DNA from: an uncultured Rhodospirillaceae bacterium
GTDB taxonomy: Bacteria > Pseudomonadota > Alphaproteobacteria > Rhodospirillales > UBA2165
Direction of reading: 5' to 3'
DNA length: 64,000 nt
Assembly: GCA_913020445.1 (NCBI GenBank)
Contig: CAJWAR010000014.1
Location: forward strand, 6,585 to 70,584
Part shown: piece by piece, positions 59,099 through 64,000 of the stretch
Layout: each line of letters begins with the position of its first letter
How positions within the stretch are numbered: position 1 is the stretch's first letter
Program-made: the position numbers and the translations under genes
Notes under the pieces: generated by a model
Seen by the model: the letters and a program-made list of their open reading frames with translations, nothing else
Databases searched by the model: none
What the model was told of the DNA's origin: nothing

Positions 59099-59877
59099 TC
59101 TTTTTTCTTTTTACTTTCACAACGGTTTTCAGAACGTCCCCAAGACGGCAGGCTTGGATCAGCGCCACTTTAATATTTAAGTCTAGGTGTAGGGGGTTAA
59201 CCCTCAGAATACACAGGACTTAGGGCCCTATATATAGGGGGTCGCAGTATTCTGTCAACTACCATTGTTGTTTTAGTCAATCTCGACCAGAAATACAGCA
59301 ATTTAGGTCTAAGAAAATTTAATACCATTCCTTCATTTATTTCTATAACACATTGATTATAAAACATTAATTTTCTAATCCTTAAATTAAAAAACATTGG
59401 AGATACCACCGGAATAACCTTTAGCCTGCCTGCTGTAACCCCATCCAGCCGACTTCATTAACTTGAAGGTCATCGGATTTTCTTACAGTTTGTTACATAA
59501 TCATTCCAATTAGGATGTTTTCTGCATATTTCATCTACATTTGTAGTTTTGCATCATATAGTATTAAAACCTTAGCAGTAAAATATAATGTATTAAGTAA
59601 AGATTAATATTATATCTCATTGATAATTAACAATATTATTTAATTTCACCGCCAAACTACATGCGTGGTTGTTACAATCTTAACTTTTTGGTATTTTTTG
59701 CGTAAATTCCGTTCGATTTAGCAATTTTCTTCAAAAATCCAGCAATTGATTACTACTTTAAATAGATTTTTAATTTTGACGTTGCGGCTGAATTTAATTT
59801 GTTTGCACCAAGCTCGCGCCTCGAATAAATTCGTTTCCCATTCAGATCATCTTACCTAGAATAAGGCTAAAATTATA
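59099..59877. other. 780-bp extremely AT-rich ORF-free spacer with GC-clamped palindromes
   Basis: Only one weak 70-aa ORF in six frames. One 60-nt stretch (59581-59640) has 7 G+C. Palindromes GGGTTAACCC (59194-59203), AGGGCCCT (59222-59229) and CCCTATATATAGGG (59226-59239). Confidence 0.8.
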
Positions 59878-60333
59878 ATGTTGAAACTTCCAAAACTCGG
59901 ATTTATGAGTTTTTTCATCCTGCTTTTCTTGAGCACGCCAGAATTCGTTTCGGCCCAGCAATTGGATCAGATTATTGTTTCACAAGCTTGGTCAAGATCG
60001 ACCCCGCCGATGGCAAAAAATGGCGCGGTTTATTTTACCATCAAGAACAATGGCCCCAGGGATAAACTCATCGGCGTCATCACATCAATAGCGAAACGAT
60101 CGACGCTACATATGACAAAAATGGGTTCTGGAACAAAAAGCGGTGTGTTGCGAATGCTGGGGCTTACTCACATCAACTTGCCTGCAAATCAGCCGTTTAT
60201 CGCCAAACCAGGTGGCCACCACGTGATGCTAATGGGTCTGAAAAAGCCTTTGAAACTAGGCGAATCCTTTGAATTGATCTTAAAATTTGAAAAAGCCGAC
60301 GACAAAACTGTTACGGTCACGGTTCAAAAGTAA
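59878..60333 (+). CDS. Periplasmic copper chaperone PCu(A)C (DUF461)
   Basis: 151 aa. Signal peptide, HMTKM...GGHHVMLMGL copper-binding His/Met motifs. Confidence 0.85.
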   Translation: MLKLPKLGFMSFFILLFLSTPEFVSAQQLDQIIVSQAWSRSTPPMAKNGAVYFTIKNNGPRDKLIGVITSIAKRSTLHMTKMGSGTKSGVLRMLGLTHINLPANQPFIAKPGGHHVMLMGLKKPLKLGESFELILKFEKADDKTVTVTVQK

Positions 60334-60366
60334 AAAAACCCGGTTTATCGGTGTTATTTGCCGCTT

Positions 60367-61146
60367 TCAGCCCGACCCTGCCTGATCTGGGCACATTGCT
60401 GCGGCATAAATTGGCCCCTGAGCGTCTTCCTGGATCAATACCGCACAGCTTTCATTGGCTTTTTGCCCTGTTACCGAAAAATTGACTTTTGCTGGCTGTC
60501 CGCCCCAAGCTGTCAGCCGTTTAACATTAGTAACAATATTATGACTGGTGAGTTGTTTGCCTTTATTTTCACCCGCCCGAACCCGCGTCGTCACCGCTTT
60601 TAAAAATCGGACCAGCCACACCGAAAAAGCGCGGTCGCTGTTTCCTTTGATATTGGCAACGAAGGTGCTGGAAGATTTCTTGGTGATTGCCACAGTTGGA
60701 TAGTGCCCTTTGTATTTTTTCGCTCGCGCAATGAGACGGCGGACATCGCGGCGGCGGGACCCAACAGCGAAGTTTTCACCATCGACAACCATCTGCGGCG
60801 TGTAGACCTGTCCACCCTCCATATTGCCGGCATAAATCTTCTGCCGGGCGGTAAATTCCGGTTGCGAAAAGACATCCTTCCACTTTCCCGCCGCGCCATA
60901 GACCAGCTCATCCCAGTAATCGACATGAAACTCGAGCGCAACGATTTCAGGATTTTTTGACAGCTCACCCAAATAGGCTTCAGCCGGCGGGCAGGAATAA
61001 CAGCTTTGGGAGGTGAATAGTTCAACGACGACTGGACTTTTTGGACCCTGTTGCCGATTCTCTGCCCCGGCACCAATAGAAAAACCAGCCAAAAGCGTTA
61101 AGCCAATAAAACCAGCGATATATTTTGACCTGGGTATTCCGTTCAT
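60367..61146 (-). CDS. DUF1223 thioredoxin-like secreted protein
   Basis: 259 aa. Signal peptide, VVELFTSQSCYSCPPAE and HVDYWD. Confidence 0.8.
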   Translation of the reverse strand: MNGIPRSKYIAGFIGLTLLAGFSIGAGAENRQQGPKSPVVVELFTSQSCYSCPPAEAYLGELSKNPEIVALEFHVDYWDELVYGAAGKWKDVFSQPEFTARQKIYAGNMEGGQVYTPQMVVDGENFAVGSRRRDVRRLIARAKKYKGHYPTVAITKKSSSTFVANIKGNSDRAFSVWLVRFLKAVTTRVRAGENKGKQLTSHNIVTNVKRLTAWGGQPAKVNFSVTGQKANESCAVLIQEDAQGPIYAAAMCPDQAGSG

Positions 61147-61288
61147 TTCCGTTCCTCCCTAAGCACAAATAATAGCGCCTCGACCTGATGGAAGTCGAAA
61201 CACAGCCCAGTGAGCGTCCCTAGCGAGCAGCTCTACTGACACAAATGCCTATTAGTCGGAAATATTCCGGAATCTACAGCTCAACGCG

Positions 61289-61657
61289 TCAGCTTTCGCC
61301 ACCTTCATCGCGCCAGCCCGCCCATTCCTTGCGCAACGATCTATAGCCGGTGGGTTTGGAGCCGGCGAGCTTCATCGCTTTCATCGCTTGATCATTGGGA
61401 ACCAGGATGGTCGATCGATGGGAGGCGACATTGCCGCCCGCCGACAAGGTCATCAAGATAGCCATCGCGACCGAATTATCAGGCGCCTCGTAGATGGTAA
61501 TGATGTCATATTCGCCAAACATCCAATACAAATTGATCAATTTTCCACCATAGGCATCGATAACCTTTTTCACTTCTTTTTTGCGATCAGACGGTTTATT
61601 GGACAATACCGCCAATGATTCCTCTGAAAGTTTTGCTTCGGTCATAAAGATCGGCAT
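61289..61657 (-). CDS. GYD-domain protein
   Basis: 122 aa. WMFGEYD(IITIYEAPD) GYD signature region. Confidence 0.75.
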   Translation of the reverse strand: MPIFMTEAKLSEESLAVLSNKPSDRKKEVKKVIDAYGGKLINLYWMFGEYDIITIYEAPDNSVAMAILMTLSAGGNVASHRSTILVPNDQAMKAMKLAGSKPTGYRSLRKEWAGWRDEGGES

Positions 61658-62014
61658 TAAAGACTCCCTATATTTTAGTTTAGTGCTTTAAGACATGGTA
61701 AAACATTCGCCGCCATTCGCCAAACTGAACCCGCTCATAGGAGCAAAATATACCCGTTTTTGTGATTTTCGCCGGCTGCCGGGAGATCACCGGATGGCGA
61801 TTAGTTGCGGCGCGACGGCAAATACCATGATTTCGCCTTAAAATCTTCGCCCCGCCAAAGTTATCCACAACTTTCTGCCTAGATTTAGAGCATTCATGCA
61901 GAACATCTACTAGATATGGTGGGTTTTCTCCGATATAGTCAACATGGGAGAGAGATAAAGACGCAACCTGGGTGCACTGGTTTGCGGTTTTAACGTCAGG
62001 GGAAAAATTGGCGA

Positions 62015-62911
62015 ATGCGCCTCCGTTCTCTCTCTTTTAGGCCAAAATTGGGTCTTATTCTGCTGGGTGGCCTGTTGCTGTCCGGCTGTGCTGTCGGACC
62101 GGAAGACAGCGCTGAGCGAAACCGCAGCTTCTGGAACCTCACCGCGATATTTTCGACCGCCAAAGAATCCAGCAAAGAAACGGCTAAAGAAGACGTCACA
62201 CCGGTTGACGATCCTTCGCGCGAAGAGGCAAACGATTATAAGGATATTCCGTTGATCGGCCGAATCTTGGCGGCAATATTTTCACCGGCAAATTTACCAA
62301 AAGACGAAGAACTTGCCGTCGATGCAGACGATAAAAAGGCGGCCACGCCTAAGGATTACCGGGTGCCGGTGCGTCTTACCCGCATCACCGAGGATCATTT
62401 ACTGGCGGACCGCGAGGCGCCGCTGTTGAAGGTTTTCCATGTGACCAATGGGCGGTTGCATGCTTTTTCATCGCCGATTACCATCCGCGGTTTGGCCGAA
62501 GATGTTAATGGCATTGCGTCGCTAAAAATTAACGGCCGGTTGGTGCCGATGCGCTCCCGCGTATTTGCCAAAAAGCTGCATGTGCCGTTCGGCGAACATC
62601 AAACCTTAATCGAAGCGGAAGACAACGCCGGCAATATCGCCTATTTCCAGTTTAAATTGGTGCGCAAATCCGCCCGTCAAAACGCCGCCCGGCTGCGTCC
62701 GGGGAGGAACAGTATCGACATCAGGCCGGTTCGCAAAGCCGTACCGCCGCCTCGCCTGGCGGCGATGAAAGAGCCAGGGGTGTATATGGTGTTAATGGCA
62801 GGCTCGGCGGCAACTCATATCGTCAAAATGCCGAACCTCAAAAAATGCCGGGCCGCCGTCGAGTTCTCAACCAACGCTGCCTGTACGGTTCACTCCGGGC
62901 GGTCAGGCTAA
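62015..62911 (+). CDS. Hypothetical lipoprotein
   Basis: 298 aa. Signal peptide with lipobox LLSGC. No family recognised. The last 4 nt overlap the convergent CoA-transferase gene. Confidence 0.55.
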   Translation: MRLRSLSFRPKLGLILLGGLLLSGCAVGPEDSAERNRSFWNLTAIFSTAKESSKETAKEDVTPVDDPSREEANDYKDIPLIGRILAAIFSPANLPKDEELAVDADDKKAATPKDYRVPVRLTRITEDHLLADREAPLLKVFHVTNGRLHAFSSPITIRGLAEDVNGIASLKINGRLVPMRSRVFAKKLHVPFGEHQTLIEAEDNAGNIAYFQFKLVRKSARQNAARLRPGRNSIDIRPVRKAVPPPRLAAMKEPGVYMVLMAGSAATHIVKMPNLKKCRAAVEFSTNAACTVHSGRSG

Positions 62912-64000
62912 ATGACGTCCGCCTCCCTGAGCTCGGCAATTTCCGCAGCGCTGTAGCCGATATCGTTCAGCACTTCATCGGTATGTTCACCACAGGTTGG
63001 CGGCGGCTCAACAAGTCTGCTGGGTGTCCGGCTCATATTTATCGGCTGGCCGACCAGTTCGATCTCGCCGCGCTCGGTTGAGTTGATCGTCTGAGCGAGC
63101 CCGAGATGTTTTATTTGCGGATTTTCAAACACCTGATCGATGGCGTTGATCTCACCGCACGGCACACCACTGTCGTTTAAAAACTGCACCCAATAATCGG
63201 TCGTTTGCAGTTTGGTCTTGGCTTCGATGAGTTTGTTTAAGACGTCGCGATTTATAGAACGGTCCGCCTGCTCGGCGTAATCCGGATGATCAAGCAGCTC
63301 CGTTAACTCGATCGCCGCACAGAACCGCCGCCAGATCGCCTGCCCGCCAGCGGCAATATTCATATGACCGTCAGCGGTCTCAAACACACCCATCGGGATC
63401 GTCGTCGGATGATTGTTGCCGGCCTGACCGGGCACGTGTTGATCAACCAGCCAGCGGGCGGCTTGAAAATCCAGCATGAAGGCTTGCGCCTGCAATAGCG
63501 ACGTCTGAATCCACTGGCCCTCGCCCGATACTTCGCGCTCCAGCAAGGCGATCATAATACCTTGGGCGCAAAACAGCCCCGCCGTCAGATCGGCAATGGG
63601 GATACCGGCCCGCACCGGTCCCTGGCCCGGCAAACCGGTGATCGACATCAGCCCGCCCATGCCTTGGGCGATTTGATCAAAGCCGGGCCGGTCTTTATAG
63701 GGACCATCCTGACCAAAGCCGGAAATGCTGGCATAGACCAGTCCCGGATTGATGGCTTGCAGGCTGTCATAGTCGATACCGAGGCGATTTTTAACATCCG
63801 GTCTGAAATTCTCGACCACGACATCCGCGGTGACGACCAGTTTCTTAAATACCTCAACACCCTGAGCTGATTTTAGATTAAGCGTGAGGCTGCGTTTATT
63901 TCGATGCAGGTTTTGAAAATCGGAACCTTCGCGGGGGCCACCCAATTGGGATTTATCCGTATTTTCGGGCATTTCTACTTTGATGACATCGGCGCCCCAA
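62908..64000 (-). CDS. Family III CoA-transferase (CaiB/BaiF-like), 5' end beyond the window
   Basis: ENFRPDV..RLGIDY, ISGFGQDGPY. The reading frame stays open upstream of the track ATG 63972 (...WGADVIKVE-MPENT), which matches the conserved N-terminal GADVIKVE block, so the gene is truncated by the window edge. Confidence 0.85.
   Translation of the reverse strand, partial: WGADVIKVEMPENTDKSQLGGPREGSDFQNLHRNKRSLTLNLKSAQGVEVFKKLVVTADVVVENFRPDVKNRLGIDYDSLQAINPGLVYASISGFGQDGPYKDRPGFDQIAQGMGGLMSITGLPGQGPVRAGIPIADLTAGLFCAQGIMIALLEREVSGEGQWIQTSLLQAQAFMLDFQAARWLVDQHVPGQAGNNHPTTIPMGVFETADGHMNIAAGGQAIWRRFCAAIELTELLDHPDYAEQADRSINRDVLNKLIEAKTKLQTTDYWVQFLNDSGVPCGEINAIDQVFENPQIKHLGLAQTINSTERGEIELVGQPINMSRTPSRLVEPPPTCGEHTDEVLNDIGYSAAEIAELREADVI

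Noticed and set aside
59197-59409. 70-aa minus-strand ORF inside the AT-rich spacer
   Set aside because: It has no RBS, an implausible composition (Phe/Leu/Ile/Asn-rich as expected from AT-rich DNA), and it overlaps the palindrome cluster. I treat it as non-coding.
61680-61868. 62-aa minus-strand ORF in the GYD/lipoprotein spacer
   Set aside because: It is Arg/Cys-rich with no SD and no recognisable family, so it is probably spurious. The 357-bp spacer itself showed no structure I could support.
61861-61869. Perfect DnaA-box consensus TTATCCACA (plus a one-mismatch CTATCCACA at 16215-16223 in an AT-rich spacer)
   Set aside because: These are isolated single boxes. About one exact 9-mer hit is expected by chance on two strands of 64 kb, and there are no neighbouring boxes or an AT-rich unwinding element arrangement.

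Overview
The window is 64 kb of mostly core chromosome at roughly 50% GC. Gene content suggests an alphaproteobacterium, based on an IalB-family gene next to rlmN, DUF2336, DUF1127 and a RamB/ScfR-like regulator beside aceA; this lineage call is an inference. Coding density is high. I could place about 60 CDS by reading motifs in the supplied translations. Recognisable blocks: panB-panC; ggt; rpmH-rnpA-yidD-yidC-engB; argB; dapD-dapE; def-fmt-truA; rmuC; argG; aceA with a divergent XRE/peptidase-type regulator; rlmN with IalB and TrmH-like genes; acetoacetyl-CoA synthetase; cobB with a UDG-like gene, divergent from a LMW-PTP/fructosamine-kinase pair; and a tesA-like esterase with a ybbA/ybbP-like ABC pair. 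I found no rRNA, tRNA, CRISPR array, transposase or integrase, and no complete, obviously novel multi-gene system such as a defence island. The items most worth a second look: (1) two diverged paralogs, each 285 aa, with a degenerate GGDEF-like core and a conserved Arg-rich C-terminal tail, bracketing the aceA/regulator module; (2) the accessory-looking stretch 56.9-59.9 kb, which holds a motif-dead, C-terminally truncated FCS-like adenylate-forming homolog, a protein combining an RHH-like N-terminus with a C-terminal J domain, and a 780-bp extremely AT-rich ORF-free spacer with GC-clamped palindromes; (3) a membrane / 2Fe-2S / class III cyclase fusion; (4) a palindrome-containing 30-bp intergenic repeat found at two loci 21 kb apart; (5) a small RBS-supported ORF coupled to aceA. 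Every homology call comes from by-eye motif recognition, with no searches run. Several start codons were moved from the ORF track on RBS or overlap grounds and remain uncertain.
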